Positions 20,365 to 31,309 of a DNA stretch of 64,000 nucleotides are shown one piece after another. The stretch spans positions 2,816,001 to 2,880,000 of the forward strand of contig OZ253564.1 in NCBI GenBank assembly GCA_965262915.1. Direction: 5' to 3'. Position 1 is the first letter of the stretch. Every line of letters begins with the position of its first letter. The stretch comes from Candidatus Spongiisociaceae bacterium (GTDB lineage: Bacteria; Actinomycetota; Acidimicrobiia; Spongiisociales; Spongiisociaceae). The notes under the pieces are model-generated. The model did not search any database and was not told the origin of the DNA. It saw nothing but the letters and a program-made list of their open reading frames with translations. A program made the position numbers and the translations under genes.

Positions 20365-22059
20365 TCAGGTCTCTCCGTTCTTCATGACCTGGGGTTCGTG
20401 ACCTTGGCATAGGTCGGTCAATGCCTGTGCGACTAGCTCGGAGCGTGCCTGCAGGAACTGACGGTAGGCATCTGGTACGTCAGGATTGTCGGTAACGAAT
20501 TCGTCCCAGGGGATTAGGTGCGATTCGAGGCGGCGTCGGATCTCTTTCTCGCCCAGGGTGGAGTGGTCTATACGCTCCCGTAGGTAGGCAAGGGGGGGTT
20601 TGGCTGCAATGCGCCGGTTGGTTGCCGAGGAGATCAGGGCGCAGTTCAGAGCTCGCTGTGCTTGTTCGGTGTCCTCTTCGGGGAGATGTTTTGCCAGATA
20701 GGCGTCAGGGAAGAGGTGGTGGTACTCGCGGCGGGATATGTTCCCGGGGGTGACTGACGAGCCGTCTGCTAGGTCCAAAGCACCGTGCCGGAGCGCCGCG
20801 CCGAGGACAGCGCGGGCGACTCTGGTACGCTTTTTTGGCCATCGGGCCCGGAGGAGGTCGCGCGCTGTAAGTAACGGATAGCGGTCCTCGTCGAAAATGT
20901 ACGCCGTTCTCGGCCCACCGCCTAATTCCGTGATCATCCCCTTGAGGTCCTGGAGTACGCCCGTGTTCATGCCGCTGTCGTAGCGGTTTGTTGTGAACGC
21001 TCGCCACAAGTAGGCCCGTACCAGCGTCATGGCGTTGCCCAGTTCATCTGGGTCATCGGGTAGGTGTGGATGCAGCGCGGACAGCACAGGGATCACGTCC
21101 GCAGTTGGTAGGCGATCAGAATCGAAGACGCTTTCGTTCCGGAGAACATCCACAGCGAAGTTCATTCCCTCCTCTATCCGTGGGAAGTCATCCAACAGGT
21201 TCTCCAGATCGAGATCCAGGAACGAGGACTTACGAAGCGGTTTCCCCTCGCGAAGGGCCGCCACGTGAAGCAGAACGTTCTCAACGTTGTCCCGGTAGGC
21301 GCTGAGGCGTGGCACCTTGGACTTGATGTGCTCCAGCCTCTCGTGCAACGACTCTCCGGTGCTGGCCTCGAACTGGGCTACCACGATGTCGAAAGTCGTC
21401 AGCCGGGCGCTACTCGTGTTCATCCTGACAAACACGTCGATGGCCGTGTCACTGGTAGTAGAAGTAGGCAAACTCAGGAACGGAATGTTGAACGAAGCGA
21501 ACCTGTTTCGATACTTATCAACATACCTAGTTATCTCTTTGTATCTTTCGAAGGCTTCGGTGACCCCTGTACCAGCTGCTGTGTCCTTCCACTCGCTCGC
21601 CTCCCGCTCTCCGTCATTGCCCGGCCGGCAGAGATACACGGGAACGAATCCTCTATCCCAGCACTTGGTGGGGTCTGCCACCCACTTGTGTCGCCACTCG
21701 GGCGAAACATGGATCTCTCCATCTTCCTCCTGTATTAGGAATACACGATCCTCGTAATCGTTGTTGAGGGCACGCCACAGAGCGGTCAGCCTCTGCTGGC
21801 CGTCAAGAAGATGCTCGGTACACCGCTCAGTAGACGTGGTGACACCCCGAAGGGGCCTCGAATGGAAAATCTCCTCTTCCCCGACCTCGAGGATAAGCGC
21901 CACCCCTACCGGGAGGCCATTGAGCACACTCTCGAGAAACGAAGAGATCGTTTTGTAACTCCATGCCTCAAAACGTTGAAACCGCGGTAGACGAACCTTT
22001 CCGCTCTCGATCTGGCTGAACCACCCTTCCAGACTCCGGTTCCGTGCTTCCACCTTCAC
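20365..22059 (-). CDS. GmrSD-like modification-dependent restriction endonuclease (DUF262 + HNH)
   Basis: LPRFQR, LLDGQQRLTAL and FVRMN (DUF262); EYHHLFP...NCALIS..TN (HNH). Confidence 0.88.
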   Translation of the reverse strand: MKVEARNRSLEGWFSQIESGKVRLPRFQRFEAWSYKTISSFLESVLNGLPVGVALILEVGEEEIFHSRPLRGVTTSTERCTEHLLDGQQRLTALWRALNNDYEDRVFLIQEEDGEIHVSPEWRHKWVADPTKCWDRGFVPVYLCRPGNDGEREASEWKDTAAGTGVTEAFERYKEITRYVDKYRNRFASFNIPFLSLPTSTTSDTAIDVFVRMNTSSARLTTFDIVVAQFEASTGESLHERLEHIKSKVPRLSAYRDNVENVLLHVAALREGKPLRKSSFLDLDLENLLDDFPRIEEGMNFAVDVLRNESVFDSDRLPTADVIPVLSALHPHLPDDPDELGNAMTLVRAYLWRAFTTNRYDSGMNTGVLQDLKGMITELGGGPRTAYIFDEDRYPLLTARDLLRARWPKKRTRVARAVLGAALRHGALDLADGSSVTPGNISRREYHHLFPDAYLAKHLPEEDTEQAQRALNCALISSATNRRIAAKPPLAYLRERIDHSTLGEKEIRRRLESHLIPWDEFVTDNPDVPDAYRQFLQARSELVAQALTDLCQGHEPQVMKNGET

Positions 22060-22503
22060 TCCTCGGGGTAGGGAAACAACAATCTAGCTGTACGTTCCGG
22101 AAAACGACCGGTAGCAATGTCCCAGAAAGATCGGCAGCAGCCCAGCCTCCGCTTTGTCGACCCTCCGGCCTTGATCGGTCTCCCGCCGTTCACTGAGGGG
22201 AACCACCCGCCGCCCGTCGGGGAGGGGCGAGGATCGAACGCGCCGGGCTCGGCTGGCAGCGAAACGACAGAGCCGTTGGCGAGAGCGGCCAGAAATACCC
22301 GACCGCCCAGGTTGAAAGCGATCTTGGTCAAATCGGGATCCCCTCCGTAGGCCCTGATCTCCCCGCCGCTCTCCAGAGCCCCGTTCCCAGCGGGCCCGCT
22401 CGGGGGGCAGGTTCTACTCCCCACCGTCACTTCCCCTTAAAACGTGATGAGCCAGGTTGGCGGGTGTTCGGGAGGACGTTTATCGGGTGCTCTCCTGGCG
22501 AAA

Positions 22504-22601
22504 CGTGGTACTAGAAGTGGGACGTGACCATTCGATCGTTGCCTGACGCACCCTGTTAGCTGGCTGTTCGCCGATTGCGGCAGCGGACACCCCCTCCGCT
22601 G
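22504..22601 (+). repeat. att-like site A: GTGGGAC arm plus core CAGCGGA-CACCCCC-TCCGCTG
   Basis: About 95 bp homologous to 32053-32147 and, inverted, to 55386-55483. Confidence 0.8.
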
Positions 22602-22640
22602 CCCCTGAGGGGCGTGCGGGTTCGAATCTCACCCTGGGTA
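22581..22640 (+). tRNA. tRNA-Leu 3' fragment (attR-like) with a replaced anticodon loop; not a functional tRNA
   Basis: GCGGA-N7-TCCGC stem, variable arm CCCC-TGA-GGGG, T-arm GTGCGGGTTCGAATCTCAC and acceptor 3' strand CCTGGGTA; no D-arm or 5' half. Confidence 0.75.
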
Positions 22641-22952
22641 CTCGGTCTCGTAACGTCTTGAACCTGGCCGAAGCGGACCTCGCTCGTCAGTTGCGTCGGT
22701 TGCCGAGCAGGTGTAGACACGAAGTGAACGGCTGCAAAGGTCGCCGCCAACTCATCGAGGCCTTGGTCCAATTCCTTGACCCGCCATCCGAAGCCGACGG
22801 GTGTCCATGACGCACTGATCCTGTTCGGTGGCCGTGAACTCTGCTCCATTGTTCGAGGCGTTGTGAAAGCCGTGGATTCGGAGGCGTCTAGCGGAGCATG
22901 TGCAGCGCCGGGTGGTGTTGGGCCGGGGGAGGAGACCGAATAGCCTGGCGGG

Positions 22953-24191
22953 ATGACGGCCTCCTTGACTTGGCTTGACTACTCGGAGAGGGACCGCCGT
23001 CGAGCGCTGGACGTCATCGACCTGTTTCGGGAGACCAGTACAGTCGACGAACTAGGGATCGCATCCGTCCGCGACAGCTTTTCGGATCTCTTCTTCCCTG
23101 GGACTAGCACGATCCAGACTCGGGCGTGTTACTTCTTGCTCGTACCGTGGACGTTCTTGCGGCTCGAGCGGTTGCGGGTTCCGTCGAGCAAGGCGGTGCA
23201 GAGGGCTCGGTGGGAGGAACTGAATCTCAACGAACGGTTGCGCGAAGGGACTGATACGCGGGGGGTTTTCGGTAGCCGAGCCGGCGACGCTCTGAAGCGT
23301 CTACCCAGCGAGGTCTATTGGGGCGGGCTCGGAAGCTGGGGTATCCGTACCTTCTCGGGTCACAAATGGGCGTACTTCCGATCGCTTGACGGTTTCTACC
23401 GGCGCGGCGACCGGTTCCGCAGTACACCGCGAGACCCAGAGGGTCGGAGCGCGCCTCCCGCGAACTGGCATCCTCACCTCCCTGACCCCCCATCCGGGTT
23501 TCTTCGAGGCAGAATCACGGTGGCGCTTCGGCGTGGAGATGCCGAATATCTACGAGACCGAATACAGGCCCGACATCCCGACAGCCTGCTGGCCGTACTA
23601 GCAGGACGTGTGGCCGTTGAGGATTTGGAGGCAGATCGGCCCTGGGAACTCGCCCATCTCGCCGAGATCTCACCCGTTCTGCGGGACCAGCTTCACGACG
23701 CGAAGCTCTTCGCTATCTGCATGCAGGGGGCGGCGCTTCTCTACAACCTGATGCTCTCGGAACTGAGGCAGCATGACGAGTGGACGGATGCGTATCGGCG
23801 CAGGCTGGAGGACTGGGCCACCGACGTTGATGCGCTCGGGCAGGCAGTGGAGGATTGGAAACCGGACAGGGTGTGGCGGGTCGTGACGGCTGAGGGCCGG
23901 TCGCTGGGCTACCCGACCCGGGGCTTCGTCGAAGATTGGGTCGAGGAGTTGAAGCTGGGTGGCCCCAGGGGCGTCGTAGCCGACAAGTCCAACGCGCGAA
24001 CTCTCGTGAGGGGTCGCGAGTTTCAACTCAAGGGTTCCCGGGCGCGGTTGACAAACACGCGGCGGCTTGAACTGTGGGGCGGGGAATCGGGGACGGGGCG
24101 GATGGCCTACCGGTGGGGTGGAACTCGGCGGATCCTCAAGGACATTTTCGACGGGCTGGCGCGGAGCGAGGACGATGCTGGGAACGCGTGA
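22953..24191 (+). CDS. DUF6361-like protein, gene 1 of a putative Azaca-like defence operon
   Basis: N-terminus LTWLDYS..VDELG..VRDSFSDLFFPGTSTIQTRACYFL is characteristic of this family (from recall). Confidence 0.75.
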   Translation: MTASLTWLDYSERDRRRALDVIDLFRETSTVDELGIASVRDSFSDLFFPGTSTIQTRACYFLLVPWTFLRLERLRVPSSKAVQRARWEELNLNERLREGTDTRGVFGSRAGDALKRLPSEVYWGGLGSWGIRTFSGHKWAYFRSLDGFYRRGDRFRSTPRDPEGRSAPPANWHPHLPDPPSGFLRGRITVALRRGDAEYLRDRIQARHPDSLLAVLAGRVAVEDLEADRPWELAHLAEISPVLRDQLHDAKLFAICMQGAALLYNLMLSELRQHDEWTDAYRRRLEDWATDVDALGQAVEDWKPDRVWRVVTAEGRSLGYPTRGFVEDWVEELKLGGPRGVVADKSNARTLVRGREFQLKGSRARLTNTRRLELWGGESGTGRMAYRWGGTRRILKDIFDGLARSEDDAGNA

Positions 24192-26094
24192 GCGGACGCT
24201 TCTGTTGGAAAACCTGCGCCCGCCCGCTGGCTACCGTCTGCGACGTGCTGTGGGGACCAGCTTCACGCTGGACCTGATGGCGCTCCTGACGGCGCCGCTC
24301 GCCTTCACCTTCTTCGACGCCCACGACGAGGATGGTGCGCCCGTGGCCGACCCGGTGGCGCTGCTCGAGGCGCTCCGGCGGCATGCTGAGAGGGTGACTC
24401 TCTTCTGCCAGGCCGGCGCGATCGATGTACCGCGACCGGACCAGAAGCTTCTGGCCTACCTCGAAGGATCGGTGATCGAGGTTCAGGCTAAGCGGGAAAG
24501 AGGGATCTTCCACCCGAAGGTCTGGGTGCTCAACTTCGAATCCGAGAAGGGCCCCGCCATCTACCGGGTATTGTGCCTCTCCCGCAACCTGACGTTCGCG
24601 CGGGCATGGGACACCTGCCTCCGATTGGAAGGGCGACTCGCGCAACGGGAACTCGGCTACTCAAGGAACAAACCCTTCGCGGATCTGCTCCTGGCTCTCC
24701 CAGGGCTCGCTACCCGCCGACCTATCAGGGATGAGCTCCAAGAGGACCTCGAGCGGATGGCGTACGAGGTCAGGAGGGTGGACTTCGAACCGCCCCGCCC
24801 GTTCAAGAACTTCAATATCCACAACTTCGGCCTACGCGGCAGGCGTGGATGGCCCTTCCCGAAGGGTGGACGGAGCCTGGTAATCTCACCGTTTCTCGTA
24901 GGTTCGACTGTGCGACACCTTGTGCGTGAACACGGGCTCGAAGTTCTCATCTCTCGACCGGAAGCCTTCGAGGATGCCGCCCGCGAAGCAGGACGCGCGG
25001 CCCTGCCCCAGACGTGCTACGTCCTCTCACCCGGAGCCGGTCTAGACACGCGTGATACAGAGGAGGAGGAGGGGGAGGAACCTCCCGACGAAACCTCGCC
25101 CGGCGAAGGTAAGGTCGAACTCTCGGGCCTCCACGCCAAGCTGTTCCTGTTCGAGAACGGTCGTGACGCGCGGCTGTTCACGGGCTCTGCGAACGCCACG
25201 GATGCCGCACTTCACGTCAACGTCGAGGTGCTGGTCGAACTGGTCGGAAAGACGAAGGACTGCGGCATCGACGCGCTCCTCGGACTTGAGGAAGATCCCA
25301 AGCTTGAAACCCTCCGATCACTCCTGCAGGAATACCACCCTCCCAAATGCCCGGGACCGGGGCCATCCGATAGGAAGCTGGAGGCAAAGGTCGACCGGCT
25401 GGCGCGGACCCTGGCGGCCGTACCGCTCACCGCGCACGTGCAGCACGATGACGCGGACCAGCGGTGGGACATGACCGTGTTGGGAGAACTCCCGGATATC
25501 CCCGTCGCCGCGGAGGTCAAGGTATGGCCGGCAACGCTCCCGTCGGACGCAGCTTCGCTGATCGATGGCCGGAAGGAAACATGGCATGGGACGGTCGGTC
25601 CGGCCGAGCCTGCTTACCCGATCGCGACGTTCAGAGACATATCCTTCGAAGCCCTCACCGCCTTCTTGGCGTTCGAGGTGTCGCTGCGGGAGGGAGGGCA
25701 CAAGGCGCGAAAGCGGTTCGCGGTCACGGCAGAGTTGATCGGTGCGCCCGAGAACCGCAAAGAGCAACTTCTGCGCTCGCTTCTGGAGGATCCTAGGCGT
25801 GTGCTCCAACTCTTGTTCCTGATCCTGATGGGTGAGGGCGCCGACGCGTCGGCATTCGAGCGAGCAGCGCACTCTGGCGGCCCCGCTCCGCAAGGCTCCA
25901 TCGGAGGTTGGGACCAGGCAGCCCTGTTAGAGACCCTCCTTCGGTGTCTGAGCCGCAATCCCCGGCGCATCGACGAGGTTGCCAGGCTTATCTCCGACCT
26001 TGAGAGAACACCGGAAGGGAGGAGGCTCCTGCCCGAGGGTCTGAAGGAGATATGGGAACCGGTGTGGGAGGTACGGGAGACGCTGAGGTCATGA
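24175..26094 (+). CDS. Phospholipase D-superfamily protein, gene 2 of the operon
   Basis: Two HxK motifs: FHPKVW...SRNLT and LHAKLF...GSANAT; overlaps both neighbours. Confidence 0.8.
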   Translation: MLGTRERTLLLENLRPPAGYRLRRAVGTSFTLDLMALLTAPLAFTFFDAHDEDGAPVADPVALLEALRRHAERVTLFCQAGAIDVPRPDQKLLAYLEGSVIEVQAKRERGIFHPKVWVLNFESEKGPAIYRVLCLSRNLTFARAWDTCLRLEGRLAQRELGYSRNKPFADLLLALPGLATRRPIRDELQEDLERMAYEVRRVDFEPPRPFKNFNIHNFGLRGRRGWPFPKGGRSLVISPFLVGSTVRHLVREHGLEVLISRPEAFEDAAREAGRAALPQTCYVLSPGAGLDTRDTEEEEGEEPPDETSPGEGKVELSGLHAKLFLFENGRDARLFTGSANATDAALHVNVEVLVELVGKTKDCGIDALLGLEEDPKLETLRSLLQEYHPPKCPGPGPSDRKLEAKVDRLARTLAAVPLTAHVQHDDADQRWDMTVLGELPDIPVAAEVKVWPATLPSDAASLIDGRKETWHGTVGPAEPAYPIATFRDISFEALTAFLAFEVSLREGGHKARKRFAVTAELIGAPENRKEQLLRSLLEDPRRVLQLLFLILMGEGADASAFERAAHSGGPAPQGSIGGWDQAALLETLLRCLSRNPRRIDEVARLISDLERTPEGRRLLPEGLKEIWEPVWEVRETLRS

Positions 26095-29000
26095 GTCAAC
26101 GACGAGCGGGCGAGCGACCCGACACACGTGCCGTGCTGGAAGGCCTCAAAGGTTTCCAGCGTGACACCGTCGAGTACGCCTTCGAGCGCCTCTACCTGGC
26201 GCCGAACTCGACCCACCGTTTCCTGGTAGCCGACGAGGCCGGTCTCGGTAAGACGCTCGTAGCGCGAGGGGTGATCGCCAAGGCGGTCGAACACCTATGG
26301 GAAGGTCCGAATAGGGTCGAGCGGATCGACATCGTCTACATCTGCTCCAACGCCCAGATCGCCCGACAGAACGTCCGCCGACTTCAGATAGGCAGCGGCA
26401 GCTTCGTGCAGGTCGACCGGTTGACGCTGCTGCCCCAAAAAATCCGCGACCTGAAGGCGAGGAGGGTCAACTACCTCGCCCTCACACCCGGAACGTCCTT
26501 CGATCTCAAGAGCAGTATGGGGAGGCGGGAGGAGCGAGTGCTTCTCTATCACCTCCTGCAACGCATGTGGCCCGATCAACGCAAGGGCCCCATGAACCTT
26601 CTCCAAGGAAATGTGACCAAGACGGGCGACTTCCGTAGGGAACTAGAAAGGTTCGACCCCGCGAGTATCGACGACGACCTCGCGAAAGTCTTTGAACGTC
26701 GGCTGGGTCGGGAGGGCGACTCTCTCCGAGAACAGTACGAGGATCTCTGCAAGCGATTCTGGCGGAGCCGACTGCATATCCCGCCGGATGTTCGCCAGAG
26801 GCAGAGAGGGTTCATCGGCCGGCTGCGCTGGATCCTGGCCGAGGAATGCGTCAACGCGCTTGAACCCGACCTTGTGATCCTCGACGAATTCCAGCGCTTC
26901 AAGAACCTCCTCGACGGAACGGATGAAGCGGCGTGGTTGGCGGAACGACTCTTCACCCATTCAGGCGAGACATCGGACGTGCGCCTTCTGTTGCTCTCGG
27001 CGACGCCCTACCGGATGTACACGCTACACCACGAGAGCGCCGAGGACGACCACCACCAGGATTTCCTGCGAACAGTCAAGTTCCTCGAATCCAAGAAGGC
27101 GAGCGGCGACCTCCGTCGGCTCCTGGACGACTATCGGCAGGCGATGTACCGGATCGAGTCCGGAACGGATCCGCTCCTACGGGTCAAGGGAGAGATCGAG
27201 TCGCAACTCCGGCGGGTCATGTCGCGGACCGAGCGGTCCCGCGCCTCCGAGGACTCTCAAGGGATGATGAGCGAAGTACCGAGCGTAGGACTGCGACTCA
27301 CCGCGGGAGATGTACACGACTTTCTGACGCTTCAGGAGATCGGCCGCGAAGCGGGGCAGCCCCAGGTCCTCGAATACTGGAAGTCGGCACCGTACCTCCT
27401 GAGCTTCATGGACGACTACAAGCTCAAGACCGAGGTCGTCGCGATGCTGGACATGCCATCGGAGAACGGGCTCGCGAAGCTCCTGGCCGACAGCGGACGG
27501 GTGTCTCTCTCTTGGGAAGAGGTAGAGGCCTACTCACGTCTTGACCCAGCCAACGCCCGCCTGCGAAGCCTTCTCGAGTGGATGGAGGGCGCCGAGGCGT
27601 GGAAACTCCTCTGGCTGCCCCCTTCCCTTCCTTACTACGCCGAGTCGGGCCCCTGGAAGACGGCGCGCCAGCAGCAACTCTCCAAGCGTTTGATCTTCTC
27701 CACCTGGCAGGTCGTTCCCAAAGCCGTAGCGAGCATGGTGAGCTACGAAGTTGAGCGCCGCGTATTCCCACGTTTCGACGACTCGATCCGCAACGCACCC
27801 GCAGAGCGCCGAAGACGGCGACCGCTGCTGCGATTCGCGTACTCGAACGACCGTCTCACGGGGATGCCGGTGCTAGGGATGATGTACCCGAGCCCCAGCC
27901 TGGCCGAGCTGGGCGACCCAGTCCCGGTGGCACAGGGCGAGGCTACCTTGGAGGACGCCGTTGCCGGTGCGAAAGCGCAACTCGAACCGCTCCTCGCCAG
28001 AGTCACGGAGCCGTATCTCAACGCCACGCGGCAAGACGAGAACTGGTACTGGGCGGCCCCGATCCTTCTCGATCTCCAAAGGCACGGCGAGTCGACCAGG
28101 GAGTGGTTCGCTCGCTCGGACCTTCCAAGCCGGTGGAACGGTGCCAAGAAGGACGACGACGAGGGCTCCAAATGGGAGCAACATGTCTGGAAAGCGAAGA
28201 ACCTCGTCGACGCAGCTGCTCACGGATCGCTGGACCTCGGACGACCACCCGAGGACCTGGCGGAAGTTCTTGCCACCCGCTCCATAGCCGGCCCTGCGAC
28301 AAGTGCTCTCAGGGCCCTCACACGTGCCTCGGGCCCGGACCCGCCGACAGCCCCCGCCGCCCGGGACGCCGCGGCCCGGATCGCCTGGAGCTTCCGGACG
28401 CTATTCAACCTTCCCGAGGCAACCGCCCTCATCCGAGGCGAGCGCCCGCGGGACGACACACCATACTGGCGACAAGTCGTGGACTACTGTGCGGCAGGGA
28501 ACCTCCAAGCTGTACTGGACGAGTACGTCCACACCCTGCGGGATCTCGAGGGGCTCTTTGCAGCCGAGGAAAAAGAGACGTGGGACACGCTTGCCAAAGC
28601 GGTGTCAAGTGCCCTCTCGCTTCGAACAGGTGCTCCACGCGTGGACGAAATCCGGACCGACAACGAAACCATCCGGATCGAGCACCACCGAATGCGCAAT
28701 CACTTCGCCATGCGCTTCGGCGCCCAGGAGAGCGACGACGGCAAAGCGGGCGCGCGCGAAGGGCAGGTGCGTCACGCCTTCAACTCCCCCTTCTGGCCCT
28801 TCGTCCTCGCGTCCACCTCGGTCGGCCAAGAAGGGCTGGACTTCCACGCCTACTGCCACTCCGTCATCCACTGGAACCTACCGTCGAACCCCGTCGATCT
28901 CGAACAGCGCGAAGGTCGTGTTAACCGCTACAAAGGCCACGCCGTACGCAAGAACGTCGCAAAGAAGCACGGGGCCGACATCCTCGGTGGCGTCTCGAAA

Positions 29001-29315
29001 GACGTGTGGTCTGCTCTGTTCGACGCTGCTCTCGCAGAGTCGTCGAACGGGCGCGGACTCGTCCCCTACTGGCTCTTTCCGCTTCCGGACGGCGCGCGCA
29101 TCGAGCGACATGTCCCGGCGCTCCCCCTTAGCCAGGACGCATCTCAACTCGAGGCACTCACAAGCTCCCTGGCTGTATACCGGATGGTCTTCGGCCAGTT
29201 CAGACAGGACGACCTAATCACGTTCCTGCTTGAGCAGTGCCGCCCCGAACTCCCAAGCGAGATCGCACCCTCATTACACATCGATTTATCTCCCCCACCA
29301 GCGGAACCCATGTAA
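26091..29315 (+). CDS. SF2 helicase, gene 3 of the operon
   Basis: ADEAGLGKT, LDEFQ, LSATP, SVGQEGLDF and LEQREGRVNR motifs. Confidence 0.9.
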   Translation: MSQRRAGERPDTRAVLEGLKGFQRDTVEYAFERLYLAPNSTHRFLVADEAGLGKTLVARGVIAKAVEHLWEGPNRVERIDIVYICSNAQIARQNVRRLQIGSGSFVQVDRLTLLPQKIRDLKARRVNYLALTPGTSFDLKSSMGRREERVLLYHLLQRMWPDQRKGPMNLLQGNVTKTGDFRRELERFDPASIDDDLAKVFERRLGREGDSLREQYEDLCKRFWRSRLHIPPDVRQRQRGFIGRLRWILAEECVNALEPDLVILDEFQRFKNLLDGTDEAAWLAERLFTHSGETSDVRLLLLSATPYRMYTLHHESAEDDHHQDFLRTVKFLESKKASGDLRRLLDDYRQAMYRIESGTDPLLRVKGEIESQLRRVMSRTERSRASEDSQGMMSEVPSVGLRLTAGDVHDFLTLQEIGREAGQPQVLEYWKSAPYLLSFMDDYKLKTEVVAMLDMPSENGLAKLLADSGRVSLSWEEVEAYSRLDPANARLRSLLEWMEGAEAWKLLWLPPSLPYYAESGPWKTARQQQLSKRLIFSTWQVVPKAVASMVSYEVERRVFPRFDDSIRNAPAERRRRRPLLRFAYSNDRLTGMPVLGMMYPSPSLAELGDPVPVAQGEATLEDAVAGAKAQLEPLLARVTEPYLNATRQDENWYWAAPILLDLQRHGESTREWFARSDLPSRWNGAKKDDDEGSKWEQHVWKAKNLVDAAAHGSLDLGRPPEDLAEVLATRSIAGPATSALRALTRASGPDPPTAPAARDAAARIAWSFRTLFNLPEATALIRGERPRDDTPYWRQVVDYCAAGNLQAVLDEYVHTLRDLEGLFAAEEKETWDTLAKAVSSALSLRTGAPRVDEIRTDNETIRIEHHRMRNHFAMRFGAQESDDGKAGAREGQVRHAFNSPFWPFVLASTSVGQEGLDFHAYCHSVIHWNLPSNPVDLEQREGRVNRYKGHAVRKNVAKKHGADILGGVSKDVWSALFDAALAESSNGRGLVPYWLFPLPDGARIERHVPALPLSQDASQLEALTSSLAVYRMVFGQFRQDDLITFLLEQCRPELPSEIAPSLHIDLSPPPAEPM

Positions 29316-30127
29316 CCTCTTCTCTGCCTCTTGTTGTCTCGGGGTGCCGGGCGGCCTGAACCGGGGTGGTCCTCCCGTTCAGGTTTCTGGTTGGAAACGG
29401 GACCCCCGGCGGGCAGCTGGCCGAGGAGTGCGAGGACGTCACCGAAACAGAAGCCTCAACTTATGAGGGTGTTTACGTGTTTCGCTGGGGGTGGCAGCCA
29501 TCCTTGTGGGGCTGTGAGGATGGCACAGCGCCCCGAGGAAGCAGCCGCAGCATGGTTAGACGAACACCTACCCGCCGGGACAGCCGTCGGGCAGGCCCCA
29601 CCAACAGATCCGCCAACAACTCGGCGACACCGAACTATCCAGAGCCGTGTTCGACCTGGTTGTGGCCAGAGCCGAAAACACCCAAAGCCAGGAACGGGAC
29701 GGCCCCGGCCCCGGCCCCGGCATCGAGCTCTAAACGAGGGACACAATGAGAGACATAGCAGCCAGACCACCACGAACCGCCAAGCCAGCGGCCCAGAGCT
29801 ACGGACTAACACTCCGTAGCCAGCCTCAGATCGGCCGGATGGCTGCGGCATCGAGTACGGCTTCGACCTCCGCCAGGTTCAGACGGAAAAACACGTCGAG
29901 GAACCTGGAGTAGATCCAGCATCTGTACATAAAGCGTCGGTTTGGGCGTCGGTTAGGGGCCGGAGTTGGACTGGGGGTGGTGTGGTTGTGTTGGTGACGT
30001 CGTATCGACGGTGGAGGTTGATGTGTTGGTAAACGGTGGTCGATAGTTGCACTGAGGTAGGTGGTGTTCCAGGTGGCGATGGCGGTGGTAGGCAGGGCGA
30101 GGCATTGGGCTTTGGAGGTCTTGGTCG

Positions 30128-30256
30128 TCGGTGGCTGAACCGGTCGACGTACTCGAGGGCCGCGTACTCGAGGCGGCCGAGGTCCCGCCATGGTCCTTTC
30201 TCTCGGATGGGTACGGTCTTGCACAGACCGATGACCGACGCTGTCGCGGCTGACAC
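30128..30256 (-). pseudogene. IS3-family transposase C-terminal remnant
   Basis: ASVIGLCKT..IREKGPWRDL..LEYAALEYVDRFSHRR matches the IS3 integrase-core C-terminus. Confidence 0.7.
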
Positions 30257-30278
30257 GGCTCTTGAGGGGTTGTCTGGC

Positions 30279-30446
30279 CATGTGCTGGGTCACACGTTGG
30301 TCACGAACCTGGTTCGCTCGGGAGCCGATGTCGTGCTGATCTCAGAACTCGCCGGGCATCGCCGCTTGGACACGACCCGACGCTACAGTCTCCCGTCGGA
30401 GACCGACCGAGCCGATGCTGTCGAGTCGATACTGGTCGACCAGTAA
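30279..30446 (+). pseudogene. Tyrosine recombinase C-terminal fragment
   Basis: HVLGHT...LAGHRRLDTTRRY (box II, with the catalytic R degenerate). Confidence 0.8.
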
Positions 30447-30479
30447 GCCTCTGGGATCGGAATCGTGGAGTTCGGTGAG

Positions 30480-30776
30480 CTACTGGTTGCGACGGCAGTA
30501 ACGGACGAAGGATTGGATGGCTGTTAGGCAGGCGTTCCAGGTAGCTGGCGCAGCGTCACCCCAGCGGCCGGTCAGTACCGCCCGAATATGAGACCCCATT
30601 AGGTGGCTGATCATCATGTTCTGGCCGAGGTCCGCAACCAGAGCGTCGAGGGCTTGGCGGTACGTGCGGCGGGTGTTGGGGGACAGGTCTTTGTCGGAAA
30701 AGAACCCCTCCACAGCATCAGCAAGAGTGGGGATCCGATCCGGTAGCGGGACGACTTCGGCAGCTCTCAGGGCCAT
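30480..30776 (-). pseudogene. Tyrosine recombinase N-terminal (SAM-like) fragment
   Basis: LSPNTRRTYRQAL...APATWNACLTAIQSFVRYC, then a stop; no catalytic domain. Confidence 0.7.
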
Positions 30777-30865
30777 GACGTGCTTCGGCCATCACGATCG
30801 ACCGTGGAAGGGTCCGGATGATGATGCCACGGTGCGGTACCCGTCCCGAATTGGGTACCCGACCA

Positions 30866-31309
30866 TTACCGGTAGAGGTGAAACCCGTAGTGGCGGTTCC
30901 GCTGGGCGAGGTAACCGTCTTGCTCCTTATCGATGCGCATTTTCTCGTCAAGCCCTGCTGTGTCCCCACAAACGGTGGGGATGACCGAGTAGGCCCGCGC
31001 TTCGGGCTCGAGTTTGTCTTGCACATCCTTGCTGTCTCGCCGGAGGCGGAACTTGAGCTGCTCGTCGAGGCGGGCGAGGTAATCGTCTCGCGTACCGGCG
31101 GGGAAGGTGGACTGCTCGCGGATCCGCCGCCGGATGATGTTTTCAGGGGTGAGCTTGGGCAGCCTTCCCGATGGGCCGTGACTGGGGAAGGGACGGGTGT
31201 CGCCGGTGTCGGTCACCATCCGCCCGTCGTCGGGTCGCGGCCCACCGATGGAACCCGAGGAACTTGGCGTGGCCTCTGTCGTCGTCCCGTTCCTGTTCGC
31301 GTTGTTCAC
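30866..31309 (-). CDS. Hypothetical protein
   Basis: 147-aa charged ORF; no motif recognised. Confidence 0.4.
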   Translation of the reverse strand: MNNANRNGTTTEATPSSSGSIGGPRPDDGRMVTDTGDTRPFPSHGPSGRLPKLTPENIIRRRIREQSTFPAGTRDDYLARLDEQLKFRLRRDSKDVQDKLEPEARAYSVIPTVCGDTAGLDEKMRIDKEQDGYLAQRNRHYGFHLYR

